DNA of 64,000 nt from Marsupella aquatica (taxonomy: Eukaryota > Plantae > Marchantiophyta). Each line of letters opens with the position of its first letter. The stretch's first letter is position 1. Shown here piece by piece: positions 12,695 through 23,962 of this stretch. Below the pieces are notes generated by a model. It saw only the letters and a program-made list of their open reading frames with translations. It was not told where the DNA came from and made no database searches. The DNA lies in the NCBI GenBank assembly GCA_973895155.1, contig OZ316893.1, forward strand, positions 18,197,836-18,261,835, given 5' to 3'. Made by a program: the position numbers and the translations under genes.

Positions 12695-15600
12695 TAGCTC
12701 CCTGCTTAATTGTGAAGCGTCCTCGCGAACATCACTATCAGCATCGTCGTCTTGATGGTGGTACTTCTTCACACGATTGTAACTGACTCGCATGGGGAGT
12801 AAATTGCCGGCGTACGTTGCGAGTTAGGGTAGATCTGATTGACTAGGAAAGGCCCTAACCAACGGGTATGAAGCTTCCCCAGAAATTGCATGTACCTGCT
12901 ATCGTACAACAGGACTAGATCGCCCGTCACAACATTGACTTCCGTAGTCCTTTGTCGTGCTGCTTCTTGGAAGCTGCCTGCTGCTTTACGACGTGTCGAG
13001 CTGCCAGTAGCCATGCCTCTTCTAAGGCTTCAATCTGATAAGCTCTGTCTGATGAACTTTCAGGTTTGGTTAAGCGATCCTGAATGCTGACCCGGGGAGT
13101 GTGTACTTCAAACTCAACGGGCACCAACGAATGTTGGCCGACCACGAGAAAGTATGGGTTGTGACTCGTAGTAGTCTTGTAAGCTAGATTATATGAGTAC
13201 ACCGCTGCGTACAACTTATCATCCCAATCCGTTTTGTGCGCGGCTATTGTCTTGTTGAGGATCTTCCCAATGATACCATTGGCTCTCTTCGTCAGCCCGT
13301 TGGCTTTAGGATGATACGGGGTTGTCTTGCGGTGCTTGACTAGGTAATGCTCCGTAAGCCGTGCTACGGTGTCATTGAGGAAGTGTGTTCCACGGTCGCT
13401 TACTAATTCCAAGGGAGGCCTAAACCGGGTGAAGATCTGCTCGTATAAGAATTGGGCGCTTGTGGCGGCATCGTCCCTCACCGTAGCCCGTGCTTCGACC
13501 CACTTGGTGGAGTAATCTATAGCTAGCAGGATGTACCTGCATCTTCATCTTTGGGTAACGGGAGTGAACGGCCCGATATAATCAATACCCCAATTTTTGA
13601 AAGGTGCTAAGGGAAGCATGGACGTGAGAGGGTGATGATGAGCTTGTCTTGGGGCCCCAGCCCGCTGACACAGATCACAGCCTTTGATGAAGCACTGTAC
13701 ATCCCTATGCAACGTGGGCCACCAATACCCCGAGTCAAGAATTTTCCGGGCTGTGGTGATAGCCACAAAATGGCCTCCTGCTTCCTCTTCGTGCAAGGCC
13801 GACATCACAATGAGAGTTTCTTTGTACTCCAGGCAGCGTCGTAGTTTCCCATTAACTCCTTCCTTGTGTAAGTGGCCCTGTATCATGATGTATGGCCCCG
13901 CCTCTTGGAGAAACATGGCGGCAGCTTCTTGGTTGATGCCATCGGGGATGCGTCCAGTCAGAAGGAACGTAATGATTGGCCCATACCATGTTGGCGCTCC
14001 CGTCCCTACGTGGAACAATTCCTCATCGAGGAAGGTGTCGTTAATAGATTGCTCAACTGGTACTCCATCTAGTCTTGAAAAGAAATCAGCATTGAGGTGC
14101 GTCTTCCCGGGTCGAACCCATACTTTGTAATTAAACTCTTGCAGTAGTAACAGGGCTATGTGTCCTGTGACATCTGCTTTGTTGACCATGTATTTTAGGC
14201 TATCATGATCCGTGTGGAATATGACCTTGTAGCCAAGCAGATAGTGTCAGAACTTCTTACATGAGTAGATAATACCCAGAGCTTCTCAATCAATGGGAGA
14301 ATAGTTTTTCTAGGCTGCGAATAGTTGACGGCTAGCGAAGTAGATGGGGTGGTCACATCCGTCCTTATCAAGCTGACTGAGCACGGACCCAATATAGAAC
14401 CCGGACATGTCAACATACACATGGAACTCCTTATTCCAGTCCGGAGTGACCATGATAGGTGTTGTGGTGAGTCATTTACGGAGTTCTTCAAAAGCAATCC
14501 GTCTCCGGGGTGTCTCCTCGATCACCGCGTCCTTCTTCATCATCTCAGTTAAGGGCAACGCAATTTTAGCAAAGTCTTTAATGAACCGGCGATAGTACCC
14601 AACACAGCCTAGAAAAGACCTTACAGCCTTTTGATCAACGGGGAACACTACTGCCATCCAGGCTGCTACCTTCTCGTGATCCACTTCAATACCCCGTTTG
14701 GATACCCGATGGCCGAGCAACACTCCTTCTACCCCAAAAAAACACTTGCCCAGGTGGAGCTTAAGGTTAACCTCCTGGCATCGCTATAGAGTACGTCGTA
14801 GGTGTTCGGGGTGCATGGCCACAGTTCCAAAGATGGCGAAGTCATCGATAAATATCCCAAAAACTCCCGTAGGAAATCATGGAAATATTCATCATGAGCC
14901 GCTGGAACATGGCCGAGGCGTTACACAGCCCAAAAGGCATCCTCCAAAATGCAAATGTCCCCCACTCGGTGGTGAACGTGGTTTTTAGCTGATCCAAGAG
15001 GCGGATCCAAATCTGGTTGTAGCCCGAATAGCCGTCAAGGAAGGTGTAGATTTCATTCCGAGCTACCATATCCAAAACCATGTCCGTGAATGGTAACGGG
15101 TAGTGGTCCTTTTGGGTAGCATCGTTCAGCTTACGATAATCCTGATAGATGCGGATCTTGGGTTTCCCTTCCGTGCCTCCCTTTTTTGGCACAATGACGA
15201 TGGGAGATACCCAATCACTCGCCATTACCGGGTAAATGATATCCGCGGCCAGTAGATGATCGATCTCTTCTTTCACCAAGATTGAATATCTCGGGTTCAT
15301 ACGCCGCTGGCGCTGCTGTACCACATGTGCACCTAGGTTTAGGTCGATCGTGTGTTCTCCTAGCTTGGGGGAGACACCCGTCAAGTCATGATGGCTCCAT
15401 GCGAACACATCCCCATACTCCTTGAGCAGTGACTGAATGGATTTCTTGGCCTAACCCATTAAGGCGTGGCCTAAGTTGAACGTCTTATCCATCCCCGTGG
15501 TGTACTTTTGGTAGTGCTTCTTCCTGATGACTTCTACTTGATTACGCAAGCCCGGGTCCAGACTAGCGTCTAGCTCTGCTAAGTGGACTCCCCTGTACGT

Positions 15601-15869
15601 CGGCGGGGTCGGGTTTGACTCTGGTGCTATGACCACGTCTTCTTCCATCGGGATAGAAGGGTCCCGGGATACTTGCTTATTATGATTGGGTCCCGAACTC
15701 TCGGCTTTGGCTGAGGTCGTGGTGGCCTTGCTTCCTGAGGGGTTGATGGTAGGCATAATGGCTTCAGCTCCCTGCTTAGCTGGAGCTGCATTTTGCGTGT
15801 CCTTCTGGGTGAGACTTTGAGCGGGTTGCACCTTAGTTGAGGGGTTAGAGGAACTCGGGTTGAGGTTGC
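12695..15869 (-). pseudogene. pol: pol of element B (RT, RNase H, integrase)
   Basis: RT WVSPIVIVPKK, FLDGYSGYNQI, MPFGLCNA. Integrase GGHF..WWPTL..CDLCQ, WGIDYIGP, SDRGTHF, YHPKANG. Confidence 0.92.
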
Positions 15870-15990
15870 TGTAAACGATAAAAATTACACCGGCAATATT
15901 ATAGTTTTTCTTTAGGTTTAGAAGTGTCAACTAGAGGTCAACCAAGAGTATTTAGGAAGTAGTAAGCAAGGACCAGCGGTTATTCATTTT

Positions 15991-16602
15991 GTGGAGATGA
16001 CAGAAAGGCTGGAAGTAGGGGAGGTGACGATCATCTCGATTAACAGTCGTGTAGGAGTCAAGTTCTGCTATGAAGGCTGCGATGGCCTACTAGCAGATGG
16101 CAGAATATGTGCCTTAGGCACAAGAGCTCGACAGAGAAGGCAAGGGGGGGCGAATATAGGAACCCCCGTTAGCAGGAATCGGTTAGCTCATGAGTGTAAG
16201 TCGCTAGGAGAAGGAGTGCCTATGTTCATGTTCACTATTCGGATCAAAGAAGGAAGCTGTCGTGTATGGGATGCGGCGGGGCAACAATTGTTCGGAGTGA
16301 AGGGCGAAGAGTTCTGCCAACGATTCACCACCGGCGAGGCCATCGAAGAACTCTGTAGAAAGGTCATGCGGAAGAAATGGAATCTGCTGCTAAGACGGGA
16401 TAACAGCCACGATCAGCGGATTACGTGGCGATTAATCACCGCCGAACAAGTAATCGTGGCCGGCGAACCGAGCAACCCCAAGGAAGATGACAGAAGTCAG
16501 GAGGTCGAGGCACATATGGCAAGATTAACAATCGGGAGTCCGGAAGCTTCCGGATCAGGCGCAACCGAAGGGAATCGAGGAGGCCGTTGCACAGTTCAGT
16601 AA
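15991..16602 (+). CDS. LTR-encoded RPA70 C-terminal-like OB-fold/zinc-ribbon protein (first ATG at 15997)
   Basis: Intact ~200-aa ORF. Pattern FCYEGC-x9-C...HEC..PMFMFTIRI...VWDAAGQQLFGVKGEEF...KKWNLLL resembles RPA1 DBD-C (YxAC..C..C..YxLxxxIxD..AExLLG). Confidence 0.65.
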   Translation: MEMTERLEVGEVTIISINSRVGVKFCYEGCDGLLADGRICALGTRARQRRQGGANIGTPVSRNRLAHECKSLGEGVPMFMFTIRIKEGSCRVWDAAGQQLFGVKGEEFCQRFTTGEAIEELCRKVMRKKWNLLLRRDNSHDQRITWRLITAEQVIVAGEPSNPKEDDRSQEVEAHMARLTIGSPEASGSGATEGNRGGRCTVQ

Positions 16603-16927
16603 CCAGGAAGACAAAACTTCTTGACATAGTAATCAGCAGTTCTTGGCTTCCACTCATCGTTCTGGTAGGCATTAGTTAGCGTTCTTGATGAACGAGCAAA
16701 GGAGATCAAAGAGGAGGCGCGAGTCGTCCAACTGTAATCGGCGCACCCCAAGAAGTCGTAGAGGCCTCTGGCAGAGACGGACACGAGGCATAGGTATTTA
16801 GAGGCTGTGGAGCGCTAGGCGCTCTGTCACTTTTTGCTAGAAGTCTGGGGCAAGGTAGGGCTCCGCTCACCTTAGGAATGCCAGCAATTTTGTAATAGTG
16901 TCCCTACTCAGTTGAGTAGTCTTTGAG

Positions 16928-16933
16928 TATAAA
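16928..16933 (+). promoter_or_regulatory. Putative LTR TATA box (TATAAA)
   Basis: Lies between the OB-fold ORF and ORFa. Present in both LTRs. Confidence 0.5.
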
Positions 16934-17064
16934 GAGAGAGTTTGGAATGAATGCAACAGAGTGAAGTCCGCACTTGAGCAGTGAAGGAGAACGTCGAATC
17001 AGAGAGAGAGAGAGAAGGAATTTGCCTTATGCAGCAAGTCGTTACTCTTTAATCGCAACGATGA

Positions 17065-17259
17065 ATGAATATCGTCTCATTGCAAACCAGAACCTTACGG
17101 GCCAGTGCCTCAAGGTATAGGTTGAACAGACAGCTAGTGAGAAGCGGTGTCTGGTTGGAGATGGTGTGTTTTGAAGGCGATACACTGGTCGTCATACACC
17201 TCCATCATACAAGGGTAAACGTGATACTGGGGTACTTGCTTAGGGTAACCCTGTCATAG
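17065..17259 (+). CDS. LTR small ORFa (64 aa)
   Basis: Open in both LTRs. Protein-level similarity to 7898-8116(-). Confidence 0.6.
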   Translation: MNIVSLQTRTLRASASRYRLNRQLVRSGVWLEMVCFEGDTLVVIHLHHTRVNVILGYLLRVTLS

Positions 17260-17344
17260 TCACCCACACAATCCGAAAATCAATTGCCAGGCAGGCTGAT
17301 TCAAAGGATAGCCGGACTTAATCAGGTCACGGCTACTAAAAACC

Positions 17345-17667
17345 ATGAACGCAGACAGCAGTGACGACAAGTCTTGCTCCTTGATTACCTTAAGATCATT
17401 GGAACTGTGGATCTGTTCTATCGGCACCCATCTTATTTCCCGTCAGTCACTATACGAGAACATTCCGATTTGCTTGATCACTTACCGCGAGTGGTGTGGG
17501 TTCATTGAGATTGTGTATAGAGAGGGGTTATAGTGTTGGTCGAGGCTAAAGTACCTAAGAAGTGGAAGACGGAACTCAACATTCAAGAGCACTTGGTCGG
17601 ATTCACTTACAGGGACTGTGTCGAGATAAAAGGAGTGCCGCCTCTCGAAGGTCGGTTAATCATTTAA
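17345..17667 (+). pseudogene. LTR small ORFb, broken in this copy by a 2-bp insertion at ~17530
   Basis: GGTTATAGTG here versus GGTTAGTG in the 3' LTR, where the ORF is open. Confidence 0.65.
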
Positions 17668-17737
17668 ACAAGATTACTGAGGAGAAGGTAGTTAAACGGC
17701 CATTAATTGCAAGGTCGAAGTTGGCGTTTAACATTTT

Positions 17738-17755
17738 TGGTGACCATACTGGGGA
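17738..17755 (+). promoter_or_regulatory. Primer-binding site TGGTGACCATACTGGGGA (tRNA-Arg-like)
   Basis: TGG-initiated, 4 nt after the LTR end. The tRNA identity is inferred from resemblance to Ogre/Tat-type PBS. Confidence 0.7.
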
Positions 17756-18656
17756 ACGCCTCGTTGAGGGTTCCGAAAGAGGAGCAACTGCTATGACCAG
17801 CAGTCCAAACCAAGAGAGAAACGCGCAAATCCAAAAAGGCGAACGGGTGACATGAACTCGCCGAAGGAGTTCTGGACGATGTTCTATTTTGAGAAGGATG
17901 CCGAAGCAGCAATCATAGCAACACTGAACGAGAAAGAGCACTCGATACTAGCCAGCGGGAGAAGTAGGGCATGAGAAGGCGATGTTATGATAATTGCTTA
18001 CACCACGCCCACACACACAGAGTTGGTACTTCAAGAAGCGCATGGAGGAACCTGGAACGTGAGGAGGCGAGCAATTCATTTGCAATCCTCTGTTCGGAGC
18101 AGTGTTTACAGCAGCGACCATGCCACCAAGTGATCGATTACCTCAAGGCTACACGCAATACCGCCTACCCAAGAGAAAGGAGGACCTTAGAAAACTCTTA
18201 GAATGGTGTCATTGGAATCGAAATGAGTACCCGGTTGCGATAGCATTGCAGATAGGCTGAATCACTAGGAAATTAAGTTCTAAACTAGAGGAAACCGCAG
18301 GAGCTTGCCCAAGATGTATGATGTGGAGTCAACATGACAGTTTTGAGTTTTCTATGTTAAACCAGTTATTAACGATGTGCTTTAACGAGGAACTCATGGC
18401 TCCAGAAGCCTGCACTCCTAGTTTAAGCGAATAGGAGTCATTTCGCAGAGGGCATAGCCGCAGTTGAGCAAAGGAGAGAGAGGAACTGATTAACAGAAGT
18501 TATAGCATTAGTCAAGTAAAGGAGACAGTAGAAGGTCTCCGTTTTTGTGAAAAGTAACGAGTAATAAGATCTTGACATCACCCTTGTAAAGAAAGACCTG
18601 ATCGTTGAGTATATTGCTTGAAGGCAGAGAAAAGGCTTTGCTAACCCAGAAGATAA

Positions 18657-21600
18657 ATGGGCAAGACGCCCATCAATCCCAACGAAGGGGAAATGGCAGA
18701 GGAGTTTGAACCTTTCCAAGAAAGCAGACTCAAACTTGAGGTCGAAGAACAAATCGAGACTTCAAGGGCTCAAGATAAGGTCGAAGAACCCTGGAAGAAG
18801 CCATGGAACGACTTAAAACCCACCAAGGAGCTGGCATTAGTTCAAGATCGGCTCCTACCAGAAGGGTTAAAATACCCATGTTCAAGGGAGCACCTGATGA
18901 AGATGCCGATACCCACTTAGCACGTTTCGAAGAAATGCTCAGAGCTAACCACGAACAGAACGACACAGCCCGATTAGAGCTATTTCCCAGCTCACTAGAC
19001 AAGGAGGCTTTTGTATGGTACACTCAATACCCAGCTGACCATTTCAAAACTTGGCCTGAGTTTTCAAAAGAATTCTTAGATCATTACAGAAGGGCTAAGG
19101 AAGAATCTGATTTGTATAGCATTCTGCAAAACATGACTCAGAAGAAAGGAGAACCAGTACAGAACTATATTGGACGGTTAAAGGTAACAATGAGGCGATT
19201 AACTAACAAACCGTCCGACGGGCAACGAATTAGCTGGATGAGAAAGGCTGTAAAGGGAAGTCTAGTCACAGTGGTAGAACAAAATCCCACTTCTAATGCT
19301 GATGAATACGAGAAAAGATTAATACGGCTAGAAGGCATTACTCAAATGCTTAACCAGGAAAAGAACGAGAGCAGTAAGGATGAAGAGAGGGTTAACCGGA
19401 AAACAGAACCTTCTAAGGTAGAAGTCAAGGAAAACCGAGAGCGAGGCGAGCTTAGTACTCGTAAATTCTGTGAAATACATGAGGCCTGGACATACTACTC
19501 AGGAATGCAACCAGAATCCTTTTAAAAAGAAACCTAGCCTAGGTGTAAATCAGGTAGGAACAAGCAAACAAGATGGGGATAGGATGGAGAGTAGTCAGGG
19601 ATATTACAATCCGGATCGTAATGCAAACCGAAGGCCCTATAAGGATGGTGGTACTAAATACCCACCGATTTGCTATTACTGACGACTAATTGGCCACATC
19701 AGGGGGCCCGATTGTGAATTATGGATGAAGCACATGAAAGAAAAAGAAGAAATAGCGGGGAAAGCCCCAGCACCTGTGAATATTGTGCAGGTGTCAACAT
19801 ATGTGGTGACAAGATCTCAAGGGCAGCCAGAGAACTCAACTCAAACCAATTCCCCGGAGACGGAGGGGGGATTCGATTGGAGCCAAATGGATGCAACCAC
19901 CCGAGAAATGGTGGATGAAATTCGCCACAAACAGCGGAACGAGACTTTGCCACGACCTGAACGATTAATGCGTTCAGAACCTTACGCAGAGACAGATACG
20001 GAAATTCTAGAGGAGGGAGTGACGATGGGGGGATTCGATCAAGAAACGGGACAACTTCCACGAGACGAAGAACCACCGAATAACCCTGCCGAAGCAAACC
20101 AGCGAATAGTGGATAAGCTAGTGCAACTCATCGTGAAGACCAGAGTCGACATCACTGTCGAGGAACTGTTCCAGCTAGCACCATAGTGCAAGGAAGCAGT
20201 AATGAGACGGTTGGGGGGCAGAATTAGTCCTACCACATTACCCGGAGTACCACTGTACCAAGCTGGGAAGATTCCCCTAATCGACAAAGGAGCCGTAGTA
20301 CAGATCAGCGTAAGGGGCATCAAACTAAAGAACGTATTGCTGGATGGAGGGTCAGCCGTAAACCTCATGAGTGAGCCCTAAACCCTAAACCCTAAACCCT
20401 AAACTCTTACCAGCCCCTTTTAATTTAATAATGGCCGATCAAAGCAGCTGTCACCCACTGGGTTACGTGCCAGACTTACCAATGCTGATTTCAAGCATCA
20501 AGTACAATTTAGGAGTGGTAGTTTTGAGAGAAGCAGATTCCACCCGAGGACAACCCATGTTGTTAGGACGACCTTGGCTAAGACAGGCCAAAGTAAAACA
20601 ACATTGGGGGGAAGAGAAGGATTGTATAAAAATAGAACATGGAGGAGAGACTTTCAAGATCAGAACCAAGGCTATCGAGGACGGTGTACCACCTATGGCT
20701 AGAGTCTGTACCTTGAACTGGGCAGAGGGGTTGAATGAGGATGAAGAAGAGACCTATTTAAAATGCCGTCCAGACTTAGTCCCAATTTCAGATATGGAAA
20801 TAGTCAAGCTCAACGAGATGCAAGGAATGACCAAAGAAAAAATGGATCATGATCTACGAAACGATCTGTTTAAACACATAGACCCGCAAGGCATTCAGGA
20901 GTGCTCATTAAAGGAGGAAGAAGCACAGACCACCTTGCAGGATCTAGCAGAGAAGGTGGTGGGATGGAGTGCCACCGAAGAAGAGCACATTCAGAAGGTC
21001 GATTTGAGTGACACTGAACGACCACGAGAAGTAAAGATAGGGAAACACCTTTCCCCCGAGCTCAAAGAGGAACTTGTTACCCTACTCACCGAATTCCGAG
21101 ATGTTTTTGCCTGGGATTACACGGAGTTAAAGGGAGTTCCAGAGTCAATTGGCGTACATCGAATCTGACTCGTACCAGGATCAGTACCGGTGCAGACACA
21201 ACGATATAGGATGAACCCCAACTATGCGGAAAAGGTAAAAGAAGAAATCCAAAGGCTCCTTGATGCCAAATTCATTGAACCTGTTAAGCGTTATACGTGG
21301 CTATCCCCGATAGTCGTAGTACCTAAGAAAAATGGGAAGTTAAGAGTCTGCATTGATTTCAGAAAATGAAATGCAGCGACCATAAAAGACCCTTTTCCGG
21401 TACCCTTTCTAGAAGCAGTTCTGGATGTGGTAGCAGGAAAGTCAACTTACTCATTTTTAGATGGGTACAGCGGGTACAGTCAGGTCCGGTTAGCCACAGA
21501 AGCAAGGGAGCTGACCACTTTCATTACAGAATGGGGCGCTTTCCAGTGTCTCGTATTACCCTTTGGATTATGCAATGGGCCTAGTACATTCCAGCGATTA

Positions 21601-23961
21601 ATGATGATGTTATTTCATGAGTATTTGAATCAGTTTATGCAAATCTTCCTAGATGACTTCACCATATACGGAGAGGAAGAGCAACATATAGGTCATCTCA
21701 GATTATGCCTCTTAAGATGTAGGGAAGGGGGAGTCAGCCTGAACCCTGATAAGTGCACCTTCTTTGTACCATCGGGCAAGATATTAGGACACATAGTTTG
21801 TAAACAGGGCTTGTTAGTAGACCCAGATAAGATAAAAATCATTAAAGAGATGCCAGTTCCCAATAGTGCAACTCAAGTCAGAAGGTTCCTGGGAAGTGGA
21901 GGTTTCTATCGTCGTTACATCAAGAGTTACTCCCAAATCAGTGCCCCGTTGGCACGATTAACGGGTAACCATCAAATGTTCACTTGGGACGACGACTATC
22001 AGAAAGCGTTTGAAGAAATCAAGGACCGGTTGTGCCATGCACCCATACTCAAGGAGCCAGATTGGAAGAGGGAGTTCCATCTACATACAGATGCTTCTCT
22101 GGTGGCGGTGGGGGCAGTGTTAGCACAGAAGGGAGAACAAGGTATCGATTTACCAGTATACTATGCCAGTAGACTGTTAAACATGCATGAAAGGAACTAC
22201 ACCACGACTGAGAGGGAAGCATTAGCCATGATATTTGCAGTAAAGAAATTTAGGCATTATTTACTTGGGAATCGATTCATATTCTATGTAGATCATAATG
22301 CCTTGGTCAACTTAGTAAACAAACCACAGCTGTCGGGCCGAATTGCAAGATGGATTTTGTTATTAGCTGAGTTTGATTACACCATCATTTATAAACCCGG
22401 GAAAACCCATGTCATACCCGATTATTTGAGTAGACTCGAATCAGGAGAGACAGGCAAGGAAGAAGACGATCAATTACCGGATATGGAGCTATTTCAAGAC
22501 GCCAAGGAAAGGCATCCTGTAAATCTAGTGACCTTGGATGATGAACCAGCATTAGAAAGGTATTTACGCACAACGGTATTCCCCGAGGGGTTGTCCAGTA
22601 AGGAAAGGAAGGTCTACGCCTATAAGGCAAGACCCTACACCTTGATCAACCACGTGCTTTATTACCAGGGGCCCGATGACATACTACGTAGAGTAGTTCC
22701 GGAGGAAGAACGGCCAGAAGCCTTAATCGCGGCACATGAAGGACTAGGAGGGGGACATTTCGGCATCGAGATCACCCTGAGGAAGATTCTTCAGCAAGGA
22801 CGTTGGTGGGCAACTGTCCATAAAGACACTCGGGAGTTTGTAAAAATGTGCGACCTGTGTCAGCGTACAGGACCTATAAAGGAAAACATGGAGTTCAGGC
22901 CTATAATCGCCCCTTATATTTTTCAGAAATGGGGACTAGATTTCATAGGACCCATCACTCCATCTTCCAGATATAGTCAGAACCAGTATATTTTAGCAGC
23001 AACAGAGTATACCACAAAATGGGTGGAAGCAGTCGCAACTCGGGAGAACACTGCCCGAGTAACAGCCAAGTTCTTGTACCAGAACATCATCACGAGATAC
23101 GGATTACCAGGTGAGCTAGTGAGCGATCAAGGTTCACATTTTCTGAACAAGGTTATCCAGGAACTGACGGATAATTACCATATAAGCCATCGGTTTTCGA
23201 CTCCCTATTACCCTCAGTGTAACGGGCAAGCGGAGTCAACAAACAAAGTCTTACTCAACGTTTTACGGAAAGTGGTTAACGAACAGCAAAACGATTGGGA
23301 CGTTCAGCTGCCGGCGGCAGTATGGGCATTCCGCACGACATATAAGGTAACCACGGGCCACACCCCTTTTCAATTAATGTTTGGAGTTGAGGCCCGTATG
23401 CCGACAGACTATGAGTTACCTAGTTTGCAAATCGCAGCGAGATACGACATAAATCAGAACCCGTGTTTAACTAGACAGTTAAAAGCACTATTGGAGGTTA
23501 CCGAAACCCGGAGAAGGGCCGAAGAACAATTAGAGTATGTACAAGGACAACGCAAGCAATGAATAGACGATCAACGGGAGGTAACCACGTTCACGGAGGG
23601 GGAATTAGTACCGTGGTGCCGAAAGCAGGCACGAATAAAAAAAGGAAAGTTGAGACTTAAATGGGAAGGACCCTTTACCATCCACAAGGCATGGGGAAAC
23701 GGAACCTTCAAAATTACCAGCCAGGATGGGAGCGAGCAACAGCGGGTGAACGGGAATAAGATGAAGTCGTACCACGTAAGGAACGACGTGTACTTACGAG
23801 AAGTAGAGGATACGGTTAACGACTACCCAGGGGAAAGCGAAGTCGGCAACGACTCCGATACGGTACCGGCGCTCAACGAGGACGATGACAGCTATCAACT
23901 GCCGACAACACCACCTAACAAGAATCAAGCGGATGGAGAAGGGTACGGAGCTACCCACTAG
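18657..23961 (+). pseudogene. gag-pol: gag-pol of element C with several stops and frameshifts
   Basis: Retrotransposon Gag (IPMFKG..LFPSSL..AFVWY), zinc-knuckle remnants, protease LLDGGSAVNLM, RT FLDDF, RNase H TDAS, integrase WGLDFIGP/SDQGSHF, GPF motif. No chromodomain or extra RNase H is recognisable. Confidence 0.95.
20376..20403. repeat. Interstitial telomeric repeat (CCCTAAA)4 inside the protease
   Basis: Four perfect Arabidopsis-type repeats between NLMSE and LLPAPF. Confidence 0.92.
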
Positions 23962-23962
23962 A

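Larger units (their letters stand above)
15870..17733 (+). repeat. 5' LTR of element C (1864 bp)
   Basis: TGTAAAC...TTTAACA. About 29 substitutions and 3 indels versus the 3' LTR by manual comparison. Confidence 0.96.

Noticed and set aside
21427-23961. Assignment to Tat/Ogre or chromovirus
   Set aside because: No additional archaeal-type RNase H or chromodomain is recognisable, so it is left as non-chromoviral Gypsy.
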